DNA of 64,000 nucleotides. It comes from an uncultured Phycisphaerales bacterium (GTDB lineage: Bacteria > Planctomycetota > Phycisphaerae > Phycisphaerales > SM1A02). Shown here piece after piece: positions 39,619 to 49,391 of the stretch. The translations under genes were made by a program, and so were the position numbers. The stretch spans positions 56,515 to 120,514 of the forward strand of contig CALKEP010000033.1 in NCBI GenBank assembly GCA_938084645.1, written 5' to 3'. The notes under the pieces are model-generated. The model saw only the letters and a list, made by a program, of their open reading frames with translations, was not told where the DNA came from and did not search any database. The stretch's first letter is position 1. Every line of letters begins with the position of its first letter.

Positions 39619-39729
39619 GGGGTTCCTTCCTTCGGTGGGTTCCGGTGAACACCTGCCCGTAGGGCGCAGCCTGCGGGGTGTGACACGATTCAGGGGGAGG
39701 AATTCGAGTTTCCGTCTATATTCGGCCTC

Positions 39730-40548
39730 ATGGACCGAGAAACGCTGATTCAGGCGATCAGGGGGCTGGTGACCACCGATCCTCGGATCGAGGTCGCCTG
39801 GTTGGGAGGGGCGGACGCCACCGGTCGGGTCGATTCACGAAGCGATCTCGATCTGATGCTGGCGGTGGGCCGTGGCCATCTGGAGTCCGCCCTCGAGACC
39901 TTCGAGGAGGGACTGGATCGCGTCGTCGGCATCCGTCATCGGCATCGATTCATCGAACCACACTGGACCGGCTTCGATCAGGCGATCTATCTGTGCCGTG
40001 ATCTCTCGGATGACCTCGCGGTCGATCTCACGTGGGTGCCGACCGACACGCCGCCCGAACGGCGGCTGGTCGAAACCGATCGCCATGGTGAATCCGTCGT
40101 GCTCGTCGATCACCTGGGCTGGTTCGATCGCCCGACCCGGAGCGATGTCGACCGTCACGCCGCCGGAATCGACCGAAGGCTCGCTCGGATCCACGGGCTT
40201 CATCCGTTCTTCGTCTCGATCGTCCGAAAGGCGATCGCCCGCGGTCGTGGTCTCGAAGCGCTCGACGGATACCGCACCAGGATGCTCGTGCCGCTGTGCG
40301 ATCTGATGCGGATCGAGCACGATCCGGCCCGGTTCGATTTCGCATTTCGCTACGTCGACCGTGATCTTCCCGACGACGATCGAGCCCTGCTCGAATCGTT
40401 GGCCTTCGTTCCCGGTCCGGAGGAACTTCCGGGTCGGCTGGACGAGTGTCGACTCGAGATCGAGCGACGACTCGCCCGTCTCACCGTCGGCCGACGGGTT
40501 CCCGCTCCAGGAGCAGCCGACGCGGCGAAGCCTTCGGACCGTAGGTGA
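39730..40548 (+). CDS. pol-beta-like nucleotidyltransferase domain protein
   Basis: VAWLGGADATGRVDSRSDLDL motif, third acidic residue in LAVDL, helical C-terminal domain. Confidence 0.8.
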   Translation: MDRETLIQAIRGLVTTDPRIEVAWLGGADATGRVDSRSDLDLMLAVGRGHLESALETFEEGLDRVVGIRHRHRFIEPHWTGFDQAIYLCRDLSDDLAVDLTWVPTDTPPERRLVETDRHGESVVLVDHLGWFDRPTRSDVDRHAAGIDRRLARIHGLHPFFVSIVRKAIARGRGLEALDGYRTRMLVPLCDLMRIEHDPARFDFAFRYVDRDLPDDDRALLESLAFVPGPEELPGRLDECRLEIERRLARLTVGRRVPAPGAADAAKPSDRR

Positions 40549-41281
40549 TGCCGAAGCGTTCACGGGCGACGGTCGAGATCAGTTCGACCACCTCCGCCGG
40601 ATCATCGACGATCTGGAGCCGATCGGGGTCGTGCGCCGAGATCGTGCCTTCGCGGATCATCCGATCTCGAAGAAAGTCGATCATCGGCGTCCAGAACTCG
40701 CGCCCCATCAAGACGATCGGGAAGTCGACGACCTTTCCGGTCTGCACGAGCGTCGCGATCTCGAAGAGCTCGTCGAGCGTGCCGAATCCGCCGGGCATCA
40801 CCACGAAGGCGTAGGAGTACTTGACGAGCATCACCTTCCGCACGAAGAAGTAGTGGAAGGGGATCTCGAGATCGAGATAGGGATTCGAAGTCTGCTCGTG
40901 CGGCAGTTCGATGGTCGCGGCGATCGACCGGCCGCCGACGTCCCTCGCCCCTCGATTCGCCGCCTCCATGATGCCCGGACCGCCGCCGGTCATGATGGTG
41001 AATCCGGCCTTCGCGATCTGGGCGGAGGTTTCCCGGGCGAGTCGATAGTGCGGGTTGTCCTCGGTGAACCGAGCGGATCCGAAGACGGTCACGCAGGGGC
41101 CCACGAAGTGGAGGCGACGGAAGCCGCGCAGGAATTCGTTCGCGATCCGGAGAATCCGACCGAACTCGAAACGCCTCGATTGCGGGCCTTCGAGAAACCG
41201 GAGTTCCGGGATGTCGGCCTGTTCGCCGGGCCGAAACGGATCAAGTTCGTGCGGAGGAAGGTTGGTGTCGGGAGTGGTCAT
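40481..41281 (-). CDS. LOG-family nucleotide phosphoribohydrolase
   Basis: VTVFGSAR, MTGGGPGIMEAANRGA, YFFVRKVMLVK, PGGFGTLDELFE. Confidence 0.95.
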   Translation of the reverse strand: MTTPDTNLPPHELDPFRPGEQADIPELRFLEGPQSRRFEFGRILRIANEFLRGFRRLHFVGPCVTVFGSARFTEDNPHYRLARETSAQIAKAGFTIMTGGGPGIMEAANRGARDVGGRSIAATIELPHEQTSNPYLDLEIPFHYFFVRKVMLVKYSYAFVVMPGGFGTLDELFEIATLVQTGKVVDFPIVLMGREFWTPMIDFLRDRMIREGTISAHDPDRLQIVDDPAEVVELISTVARERFGITYGPKASPRRLLLEREPVGRR

Positions 41282-41342
41282 CCGCTCATGCTACGGCCAG
41301 TTCGCGCGGTATCCACCCGGGCCGATCCGATACCATCCGACG

Positions 41343-42854
41343 ATGACCATGATTCTCTCCGAAGGCGTCTGGACCGAAGTGGATGGCGGGAACGGTACGT
41401 TCCAGGCGGTCGATCCCACGACCGGTGAACGGATCGAATCCGAGTATCCGGTCTGCTCGTGGGCCGACCTCGACCGGATGGCCGTCGCCTCCGCCGCGGC
41501 GGTCGGACATCCCGCGAATCGCGAACCGGAACGGATCGCCGGGTTCCTCGAGGCGTACGCGGGCCGACTGGACGCCCGGCGGGAGGCGATCGCGACGATG
41601 GCCCACCGGGAGACCGGACTGCCGCTGGAGCCACGGCTCCGGGTCATCGAGTTCGATCGAATGCTCGGGCAGCTCCGGCAGGCGGCCGACGCGGCCCGCG
41701 ACGTTGGTCCCGACTCCTGGCGTTCTCCGATCATCGACGAGGCGACGGGAATCCACAGCGACCGCGGCCCGCTCGGCGGTGCCGTGCTCACCATCGGTCC
41801 GAACAACTTCCCGCTGGCCTTCCATGGTGTCTCGGGCGGTGACTTCGCATCGGCGATCGCGGCGGGGAATCCGGTCATTGCGAAGGGGCATCCGCTCCAT
41901 CCCGGGACGGGTTCGATGCTCGCCGCCTGTGCGGCTGAAGCCGTCGCCGATGCCGGGCTTCATCCCGCGACCGTCCAGTTCTTCCATCACTGCACGCCGG
42001 AGGACGGACTTCGCCTGATCGCGCATCCCGCGATCGCCGCGGTGGGTTTCACGGGCAGCCGTGCGGCGGGGCTCGCCATCAAGGCGGCGGCCGACGCCGC
42101 CGGAAAGCCGGCCTTCCTCGAAATGTCCAGCGTGAATCCGGTCTTCGCGCTTCCGGGTGCCGTGTCCGGAGGCGCTGCCGGCATCGGCGAGGCGTGGGCG
42201 GGGTCGATCCTGATGGGCGCGGGTCAGTTCTGCACCAAGCCGGGCATCCTGATCGCGATCGGTGGCGAATCGAAGCCACTGCTGGATGCCGCGATCTCGA
42301 CGTGCGAAGCGGCAGCGCCCGGGACCCTGTTCTCGGCGGAAGCGACCCGCGAGCTGGAGTCCGGCATCACCGCGATGATCGAGGCCGGCGCCGACGTGCA
42401 TTGCGGAGGCAACGCCGCGAGTCCGGGCAGTCGTTTCGAACCGACCCTGCTCTCGGTCGGTGCGTCACGTTTCCTCGATCGATTCGAGATTCTCTCCGCC
42501 GAGCGTTTCGGTCCGGTCGGGCTCTTCGTCTCGGCCTCCAGCGTCGACGAGGCGATCACGATCGCGGATCGGCTGGAGGGTCAGTTGACGATCACCATGT
42601 ACACCGGGGACGGTGACGACGATGCCTGGGATCGCCTCGCGACCGTCCTGCGTTCCAGATGCGGTCGGCTTCTCGAGAACAAGATGCCCACCGGGGTCGC
42701 GGTGGTTCCCTCGATGGTTCACGGTGGGCCGTATCCGGCGACCGGGCATCCCGGGTTCACCGCGGTCGGGATGCCGACGAGCATCGGACGCTTCTCGATG
42801 GCTCGTTGCTGGGACGGCGTTGCGACCGCACGTCTTCCCGAGTGGCTCCGGTGA
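41343..42854 (+). CDS. aldehyde dehydrogenase, alpha-ketoglutarate semialdehyde dehydrogenase type
   Basis: PNNFPLAF..GGDFASAIAAG, KGHPLHP, GFTGS, EMSSVNP, GQFCTKPG, PTGVAV..SMVHGGPYPAT. Confidence 0.9.
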   Translation: MTMILSEGVWTEVDGGNGTFQAVDPTTGERIESEYPVCSWADLDRMAVASAAAVGHPANREPERIAGFLEAYAGRLDARREAIATMAHRETGLPLEPRLRVIEFDRMLGQLRQAADAARDVGPDSWRSPIIDEATGIHSDRGPLGGAVLTIGPNNFPLAFHGVSGGDFASAIAAGNPVIAKGHPLHPGTGSMLAACAAEAVADAGLHPATVQFFHHCTPEDGLRLIAHPAIAAVGFTGSRAAGLAIKAAADAAGKPAFLEMSSVNPVFALPGAVSGGAAGIGEAWAGSILMGAGQFCTKPGILIAIGGESKPLLDAAISTCEAAAPGTLFSAEATRELESGITAMIEAGADVHCGGNAASPGSRFEPTLLSVGASRFLDRFEILSAERFGPVGLFVSASSVDEAITIADRLEGQLTITMYTGDGDDDAWDRLATVLRSRCGRLLENKMPTGVAVVPSMVHGGPYPATGHPGFTAVGMPTSIGRFSMARCWDGVATARLPEWLR

Positions 42855-43744
42855 CCGACGCGATCGTCGCATCCCGAATCGACGGACTTCGGATCGGAAT
42901 CCTGCATCACGATCGAACCCGGATCGTCAGACGCGGCTATCTCATCGATCTGATGGCGGATCTCTGGCAGGAACGCGGAGCCGAGGTGGTCGACATCATC
43001 GGGACCGACACGCCGGTTGCGGTGGACCTGCTCCTGCTCCACGTCGACCTGTCGGTGGTTCCCGAAGCGTACCGCCGCTTCGCGGAGAATCACCAGTGTG
43101 TGATCAACCTGTCGGCGACCGACATTCGGAAGCGCAGTTACCTCGACGATCTGGTCGGGCGCGAAGACGAGTGTTCGGGGCCGGTGATCGTCAAGTCGAA
43201 TCTGAATCACGGGGGTCTTCCGGAGCGGCTGCTCGGTTCTCCACGAAGCGGGCTCGGAAAGCTCACGGCCGGAATCGGGCGACGGCTTCGGCGGCGGCTG
43301 GGCCTGGTGGATGAGATTCGATCGAAGACCGAGTACGAGGTCTTCCCGGATCGAGGCTCCGTTCCAGCCAGGAGATTCGAAGATGGTTCCGTGGTCCAGC
43401 CGTTTCGCCCCGAGCGACTCGATGGAGACTTCGTCCTGCGCGAGTATTACTTCCTCGGTGAGATCGAGGTTCTCAGCATGGAGATCGGATCGGATCCGAT
43501 CCTCACCTCCGGGCGTCAGGTCGAATTCAGGGTGGCTTCCCCGCCGCCGGAGGTGCGGGCGGTTCGAGATCGACTGCATCTGGACTACGGGAAGATCGAT
43601 TTCAGCTGCCCGGAGGGGGACGTGGTCGTCTACGACGCGAACAAGTGCGTGGGGACTCGAGCGGACCCCGGTGAGCCCACTCGAAGAATCGCGGCCGCTC
43701 TCTCGAAGGGCGTCGACGCCTGGATCGATTCCGGGCCGTCTTGA
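42851..43744 (+). CDS. hypothetical protein, possibly ATP-grasp-related
   Basis: GTG start overlaps the ALDH stop (GTGA). VINLSATDIRK, PVIVKSNLNHGG, VVQPF, LDYGKIDF, VYDANK follow ATP-grasp motif order. Confidence 0.65.
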   Translation: MTDAIVASRIDGLRIGILHHDRTRIVRRGYLIDLMADLWQERGAEVVDIIGTDTPVAVDLLLLHVDLSVVPEAYRRFAENHQCVINLSATDIRKRSYLDDLVGREDECSGPVIVKSNLNHGGLPERLLGSPRSGLGKLTAGIGRRLRRRLGLVDEIRSKTEYEVFPDRGSVPARRFEDGSVVQPFRPERLDGDFVLREYYFLGEIEVLSMEIGSDPILTSGRQVEFRVASPPPEVRAVRDRLHLDYGKIDFSCPEGDVVVYDANKCVGTRADPGEPTRRIAAALSKGVDAWIDSGPS

Positions 43745-43767
43745 TTCCACGGTTGTGATGCCGGGGA

Positions 43768-44679
43768 TCACTTCGGCCGGGTGCGTTTCGCCTCCGCAAT
43801 CACGCTCAGGGCGTGTTCGCGGACGGGGCCTTCCACCGGCAGTCGCGGCTGCCGGAGGAGTTCGTCACCCATGCCGAATTCCGACTGGACCAGGTTGACG
43901 AGGTGGACGAATTCCGGGACGGCGTCAAGGCGAAGCAACGGCAGGAACCACCGGTAGAGCGATTCGAGTTCGGTTCGTTCGCCGGTGGCTCGCGCTGCCA
44001 GAGCGAGATTCCACAGGCGGATCGACTCTGCCGGAAGCGCGTTCACGAGTCCCGCGATCCAACCGTCGGCGCCGGCGTCGGCCCCCTCGACCGCCATGTC
44101 GTCGATGCCGACGAAGACCGCGAGCCGATCGTCGAGGTGTTCCCGGATCTCCCGGAAGCGACGAATGTCACCGCTGGATTCCTTGGTGGCGTGGAGATTC
44201 GAATGGGCGTCGGCGAGTTCGGCCAGTTCGTTCGGTCGGACGTCGACCCGATACGCGATCGGGTTGTTGTAGAGCATGCACGAGAGCGGGGTCGCGTCGA
44301 TCACCGCGGAGAAGTGTGCCTTCATCTCGCGCCAGGGGCCGGAGTACGCGTAGGCGGGCAGGACCATCAAGCCGCGACAGCCCGCGGATTCGGCCGCCTT
44401 CGCGATGTCGATCGATTCGCGAGTCGAGACCGCGCTGATCGCGGCGATCACGGGGATCCGTTCGCCGACGGCGGCGTGGCAGGTCTTCCAGAGTCTGACC
44501 TTCTCATCGAGCGAGAGCGCTCCGCCCTCGCCGAGGGAGCCCGGGGTCACGATCGCGGTGCAGCCGGCGTCGGCGAGTCGGGTGACGTGGTCGGTGAGGC
44601 GGGTGTGATCGATCGTGAGATCGTCGTGATACGGGTTGGTGATGGCGGGCATCACGCCCTGCCAGTCGTGCCGGTCCAT
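43768..44679 (-). CDS. DapA-family lyase, probable 1-pyrroline-4-hydroxy-2-carboxylate deaminase
   Basis: WQGVMPAITNP, GSLGEG, MLYNNPIAY, KESSGDIRR, GWIAGLVNALP. Adjacent to a proline racemase and KGSA dehydrogenase. Confidence 0.88.
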   Translation of the reverse strand: MDRHDWQGVMPAITNPYHDDLTIDHTRLTDHVTRLADAGCTAIVTPGSLGEGGALSLDEKVRLWKTCHAAVGERIPVIAAISAVSTRESIDIAKAAESAGCRGLMVLPAYAYSGPWREMKAHFSAVIDATPLSCMLYNNPIAYRVDVRPNELAELADAHSNLHATKESSGDIRRFREIREHLDDRLAVFVGIDDMAVEGADAGADGWIAGLVNALPAESIRLWNLALAARATGERTELESLYRWFLPLLRLDAVPEFVHLVNLVQSEFGMGDELLRQPRLPVEGPVREHALSVIAEAKRTRPK

Positions 44680-44808
44680 GATTGGATTCCTTGAGATGAA
44701 CTCGTTGGGAAGGGGGATTGCCGTCGATTTCATGGTGCCCCGCTTCGAATGCACGGAGCCCGAGGCATCTCTCGTTCCGGGTTCACGTCGAATCCCCGGT
44801 TGGATGGT

Positions 44809-45792
44809 TCAGTCTGCACCAGCGACGATGGATTCCGGCGATTGGATTGGTCCGCCCGTCGTACGAACGGTCCGTGCCTGTTGGTCCAATTCGAGAGTGC
44901 ATTCCCCCGTGATCCAGGCCCGTCCCCTGATCGTCGGTATCACGCAATCGGGGACGTCCGCGGGCCGCCACGACGCCTCGAAGCTCGAACCGGTGATGGA
45001 TTCCTGAATCCAGCGATCCGTGGCCTCGAGTGCCTTGTCCGCAGCGAGGCATGCAAGCCTCGCGCTCGTCGCGGTTCCACAAGGCGAGCGATCGTATTCA
45101 CCGTCGGGGCAGAGCACGAAGTTCCGATCCCTGCATCCCGCCGACCCCGGTCCGAAGAGTGCCACGTGATCGACCTGCTCGAAGTTGGTTCCGTTGCGCT
45201 CGGAGATCATTACATTCAGATGATCACGAATCTGCTTGGAGAGGTCCGTGAGCGCCTCGCGATTCTCCGGAACGATCTGCTCTCCATGGTCATCGGAGAG
45301 TGCGAACCAATTTCCCCCCCAGGCGATGTCACAGTGGATCGTCCGATCCTTCAATTCGACTGCGACGTTCTGCAGGGTACGACGAGAGAGGACGTTCTCG
45401 ACCGCGATTTCGCCGTTCACGTTGGTAGTGGCGATCACCGGGCCTGCGGGCGTGTCTAACCGGACCTTCGTGTCGGGAGCATCCGCGATCCGACCCAGGT
45501 GCTGAAGGGTTCGGATGACTCCAATGGTCCCGTGGACGCACATCCCTAATACTTCCACTCGGTTGGCGAAGATCACGGATGCCTCGGAGTCCTCGTTGAC
45601 AGGATCTCCGAGGAACGCCACGACATGGCAGTCCGGCCCTGAAGCATCGAGCGTCCCTCGTATGAGGTACGCGAAGTCTTCTCGGAGCCGGCTTGCTCGG
45701 CATTCCATCGAACGGCTCTCGAGATCAGGGCCGTTCAGGACGACTCGAGTCGGCTCGCCTTCCGTATGACTGTCGACGATCTGAATCAGCAT
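44809..45792 (-). CDS. proline racemase family protein (4-hydroxyproline 2-epimerase-like)
   Basis: DSHTEGEPTR, GMCVHGTIG, DIAWGGNWF, YDRSPCGTATSA, QESITGS. Both catalytic Cys are present. Confidence 0.9.
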   Translation of the reverse strand: MLIQIVDSHTEGEPTRVVLNGPDLESRSMECRASRLREDFAYLIRGTLDASGPDCHVVAFLGDPVNEDSEASVIFANRVEVLGMCVHGTIGVIRTLQHLGRIADAPDTKVRLDTPAGPVIATTNVNGEIAVENVLSRRTLQNVAVELKDRTIHCDIAWGGNWFALSDDHGEQIVPENREALTDLSKQIRDHLNVMISERNGTNFEQVDHVALFGPGSAGCRDRNFVLCPDGEYDRSPCGTATSARLACLAADKALEATDRWIQESITGSSFEASWRPADVPDCVIPTIRGRAWITGECTLELDQQARTVRTTGGPIQSPESIVAGAD

Positions 45793-45865
45793 GACGAGGA
45801 GGTCGCCTGATGAAGTGATGTGGAGTCATCTTGAATGACGCGAGGTAAGTTACACCAGGCGTGCG

Positions 45866-47707
45866 TCACTCGTCGTTTGCCGCGATTTCCAGCTCGAAAC
45901 GCCGCCAGTCGGGGAGGATTTCGACCATTTCTGGAATCAGGGATTCCAGAAAATCCGTCGCGATGCGTTCGAATCGCTCGAGATTTCCTTCGTCGTCTGC
46001 CTCCGACATCGATTCCATCGTCGCATTCAATTGGATCTTGCAGTAGTAGGCGTACTCGGAAGTCAGATCGAATGCGACGTTCTCGACGGCCATGGCACTC
46101 GACGTGGTTCGCCCGTTGGCGACGAAGAGATAGCCGCCGAAGTTCCGCAGCGATGGGCGGTCCGGGCTCGTGAAGATGGTGGTTCTGAGGGCGTACCCGC
46201 CGATCGGAAGGGGGAGATCGACGGACTCGCCCGTGACAGGGTCCTGGCGGGAGAGGGTCTCGTAGAGGGTGTTGGTCGCGGCGTTGCGGGTTTCGGAGGG
46301 GCGTCCCTGCAGATCGAGGTCGAGGGGGAGTTCGAACGGATCTCTCACCGAGATCAGCCCGCTCTTTTCCCAACATATCTCAGGGACGTGCGGTGCGGTT
46401 CCGGCCAAATCCGTGTAGTAGGCGAGATGCAGTTGAAGAAGGCCTTGCTCGGGATCTCCATTCAATGCGTAGAAACGCTGCAGGTATCGACTGGTGCCCA
46501 AGACCTCGATGAGCGTGTCGGCGAAGATCTGATCCTCTCCGTACTTGGTCCAATCGCCGATGCGGGGAGGCAGGTCCGTGATGGGTGAACGCGGAGCCAC
46601 CTGTTTCTTGACAAGGTGGATCCCAAGTTCCTTGATCGTTGCGTTCACGACGACGCCGCCACCGAGCAGGAGGACGGCCAGGCTGATTCCAACGGGAAGG
46701 ACACGTCGATCGAATCTCGATTTCGCGGCCCGTACCGTCTCCGCGCTCCCCGCGCCGCGTCGGAGTCGATTGCCATCCTCGTCCTCGTCGAGTGGCCGTA
46801 GAAACCACATCAGGAGCATGAAGAGGCCGAAGGTCGGAATCATCCAGACGAGGCCTACCAGTGAGTGAAACTCGCCGAACATGAAATCCTCGCCGTTGAT
46901 TCCAAGAATCCCGAGCGTGCAGATCCTCAACACGTTGATGAGGATCGCGATCGGGAGTCCCGCGGCGATGAGGACAAGTCGGAGCCACCATCGGTCGAGC
47001 CCGACATATGCGATCACGGTCCCGAGGGCGAGGAAGGCCATGAGCATTCTCATCCCGGAACAGGCTTCTGCCACGTCGAGAGGGTATTCCACCCCACCCG
47101 GGAGAAGTATGACGATGTTGTTTCCGCGTTGAGGGGCAAGGGTGTAGCCCAGAAGATCGAGGGTGTGCCACGAACCCCATGACGCGAATGACTGCAGGGG
47201 AAGAGTGAGCTGAAGCAGTACCTTGTCGGTGATCTTCTGGCCGAAGACGAAGATGTAAAGGAGTGGGAACCAAAGCCAGATCAGGGATCGCCAGCCAAGA
47301 ATTCCGATGGTGACACCGAGAATCGCGAGGAACACGCCTATCGCGCGCACGTTGTGGCTGTTGAGAAAGGTCGAGTCTGGAGTGAGCCAGGTGGAGGCGT
47401 ACCAGAGTATTCCGATCGTGACGAGCAGAAACCCAAGTTTCGATGGGATGATCGGTCTGTCGAAGAGATCAGCCCTGTGGAGAAGCACCACGTAGAGCGC
47501 GATGAATGGAATGAAGAGGGTATGGCCCCAGTCCGCGGATTCCACCGTCGCGTAGTGATACTGGAGAAGGAAGAAGTCGCGAAACGCGATGCCGACGCAC
47601 GCTGCGAAGAACAGCAGGGCGGCGAACATCATGCCGTTGGAAGGCGTGAGCCAGCCTTGGATCTGCCGCTCTTCGATCCTGCTATCTTCGGTCGGTGAGG
47701 ATGGCAT
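45866..47707 (-). CDS. exosortase family protein fused to an EpsI-like domain
   Basis: Multi-[14 protein letters not shown] (Cys), INVLRI (Arg), FHSLVG (His). C-terminal LPPRIGDW...HVPEICW. Confidence 0.9.
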   Translation of the reverse strand: MPSSPTEDSRIEERQIQGWLTPSNGMMFAALLFFAACVGIAFRDFFLLQYHYATVESADWGHTLFIPFIALYVVLLHRADLFDRPIIPSKLGFLLVTIGILWYASTWLTPDSTFLNSHNVRAIGVFLAILGVTIGILGWRSLIWLWFPLLYIFVFGQKITDKVLLQLTLPLQSFASWGSWHTLDLLGYTLAPQRGNNIVILLPGGVEYPLDVAEACSGMRMLMAFLALGTVIAYVGLDRWWLRLVLIAAGLPIAILINVLRICTLGILGINGEDFMFGEFHSLVGLVWMIPTFGLFMLLMWFLRPLDEDEDGNRLRRGAGSAETVRAAKSRFDRRVLPVGISLAVLLLGGGVVVNATIKELGIHLVKKQVAPRSPITDLPPRIGDWTKYGEDQIFADTLIEVLGTSRYLQRFYALNGDPEQGLLQLHLAYYTDLAGTAPHVPEICWEKSGLISVRDPFELPLDLDLQGRPSETRNAATNTLYETLSRQDPVTGESVDLPLPIGGYALRTTIFTSPDRPSLRNFGGYLFVANGRTTSSAMAVENVAFDLTSEYAYYCKIQLNATMESMSEADDEGNLERFERIATDFLESLIPEMVEILPDWRRFELEIAANDE

Positions 47708-48027
47708 CGGTGATTCCGGAATGCGACGGGAGTTCAAGGCGTGGTGGCGAACCAGAGGCTTGGGCGCCGCGACGCCTCAGTATCGTCGAGTCCCGCTTCA
47801 TGGTCGAATCGAAACCGCATGTTTGGGTAGTTGAGATCGCCGAAAATGGATGGGCAGTCGCTCGCGGTCGACCGAGGATCGTTATCGGGACCCTGCCGGC
47901 CGCTTCTTCGGTTTCGTGGGCCGTTGCTCCAGCAGGGAAGGCGAGCGGTCGAGATACTCACAGTCAGCCGCCGAGTCGCGTGTCGGCGGGCGCATCAGCT
48001 CTCCCCAGTCTCCAGCAGGGATCAAAG

Positions 48028-48909
48028 ATGTCAAGCAAGACCAGGCGTGGGATCATTCTCGCCGGCGGATCAGGTTCCAGACTCCACCCGATCACTCGTG
48101 GTGTGAGCAAGCAGCTGCTCCCGGTGTACGACAAGCCGATGATCTATCACCCGCTGTCGGTGTTGATGCTCGCGGGCATCCGAGAAGTGATGATCATCAC
48201 CACCCCGCACGAGCAGGGGATGTTCCAGAATCTGCTCGGCGACGGCTCGCAGTGGGGCATGCAGATCGAATGGGCGATCCAGCCTTCGCCGGACGGACTG
48301 GCCCAGGCATTCATCATCGGTGCCGATTTCGTGAAGGACCGTCCCAGCGCGCTGGTGCTCGGTGACAACATCTTCTACGGAGCAGACCTGCGGAACCGCC
48401 TGCAGACGATCAGTGATCGGGAGACGGGTGCGACGGTCTTCGCCTACCGCGTCGCGGATCCGGAACGATACGGCGTGGTGGCGTTCGACGACGAGATGCG
48501 TGCGACCAGCATTGAAGAGAAGCCGGTGAAGCCGAAGTCCAATTTCGCGGTGACCGGCCTGTACTTCTACGACGAGCAGGTCGTCGAGATCGCTCGCAAC
48601 GTGAAGCCGTCGCCCCGCGGCGAGCTTGAGATCACGAGCATCAACGACTTCTACCTGCAGCAGGGCTCGCTCTCCGTCGAGCGTCTCGGACGAGGGTCCG
48701 CATGGCTCGACACCGGCACCTTCGAGAGCCTGCTGCAGGCCGGCCAGTTCGTCCAGACGCTCGAGGACCGACAGGGGCTCAAGGTCGCCTGCCCCGAGGA
48801 GATCGCCTGGAGCAACGGCTGGATCGACGACGCCCGGCTCCAGTCCCTCGCCGATGCGATGGCGAAGAATTCGTACGGGCAATACCTGCAGGACCTGCTC
48901 TCCGATTGA
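48028..48909 (+). CDS. rfbA: glucose-1-phosphate thymidylyltransferase
   Basis: [57 protein letters not shown]. Confidence 0.97.
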   Translation: MSSKTRRGIILAGGSGSRLHPITRGVSKQLLPVYDKPMIYHPLSVLMLAGIREVMIITTPHEQGMFQNLLGDGSQWGMQIEWAIQPSPDGLAQAFIIGADFVKDRPSALVLGDNIFYGADLRNRLQTISDRETGATVFAYRVADPERYGVVAFDDEMRATSIEEKPVKPKSNFAVTGLYFYDEQVVEIARNVKPSPRGELEITSINDFYLQQGSLSVERLGRGSAWLDTGTFESLLQAGQFVQTLEDRQGLKVACPEEIAWSNGWIDDARLQSLADAMAKNSYGQYLQDLLSD

Positions 48910-49016
48910 CGTCGGCGTCCATCCGTCCGGGACTGACGGCGAGGGGTGGACGGGAGCCGGCTGGTGATGGCCGGCATCACGCGTGAAAGCGACATCTGAT
49001 CATCCATTGCGGCGAC

Positions 49017-49391
49017 TCAGGCCGCGGCGCTGGCATCTCGGATGTGCTTGATCACGTCGATGGCGTCATACGGCTTCTTCAGGTACGCGAACGCGCCTGC
49101 GGACAGTGCGGCCTGTCGGGCGGTGTCCTGGACGTTGGCGGAGAGGAAGATCACCGGTATTCCCGAGGTTCGAGGATCCGCCTTGAGACGGGCGTTCACT
49201 TCGAATCCGTCGATCTCCGGCATCCGGACGTCGAGGATGATCACGTCGGGCTGTGGATCACCGGTCGCCCGTTCGATACCGAGGATGCCGGAGGTGGCGG
49301 TGTCCACATCGAATCCCAGTGCCCGCAGTCGGATCGCGAGCACTTCGGTGAGGTGAATCTCGTCGTCGATGATGAGGACTCGATCAAGCAT
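49017..49391 (-). CDS. single-domain response regulator (receiver only)
   Basis: VLIIDDE, PDVIILDVRMPEIDG, IPVIFLSA, YLKKPY. Confidence 0.93.
   Translation of the reverse strand: MLDRVLIIDDEIHLTEVLAIRLRALGFDVDTATSGILGIERATGDPQPDVIILDVRMPEIDGFEVNARLKADPRTSGIPVIFLSANVQDTARQAALSAGAFAYLKKPYDAIDVIKHIRDASAAA

Noticed and set aside
39730..40548. Nucleotidyltransferase as a CBASS cyclase or MNT-HEPN toxin-antitoxin pair
   Set aside because: No adjacent effector or HEPN gene, and the size and C-terminal domain do not fit.
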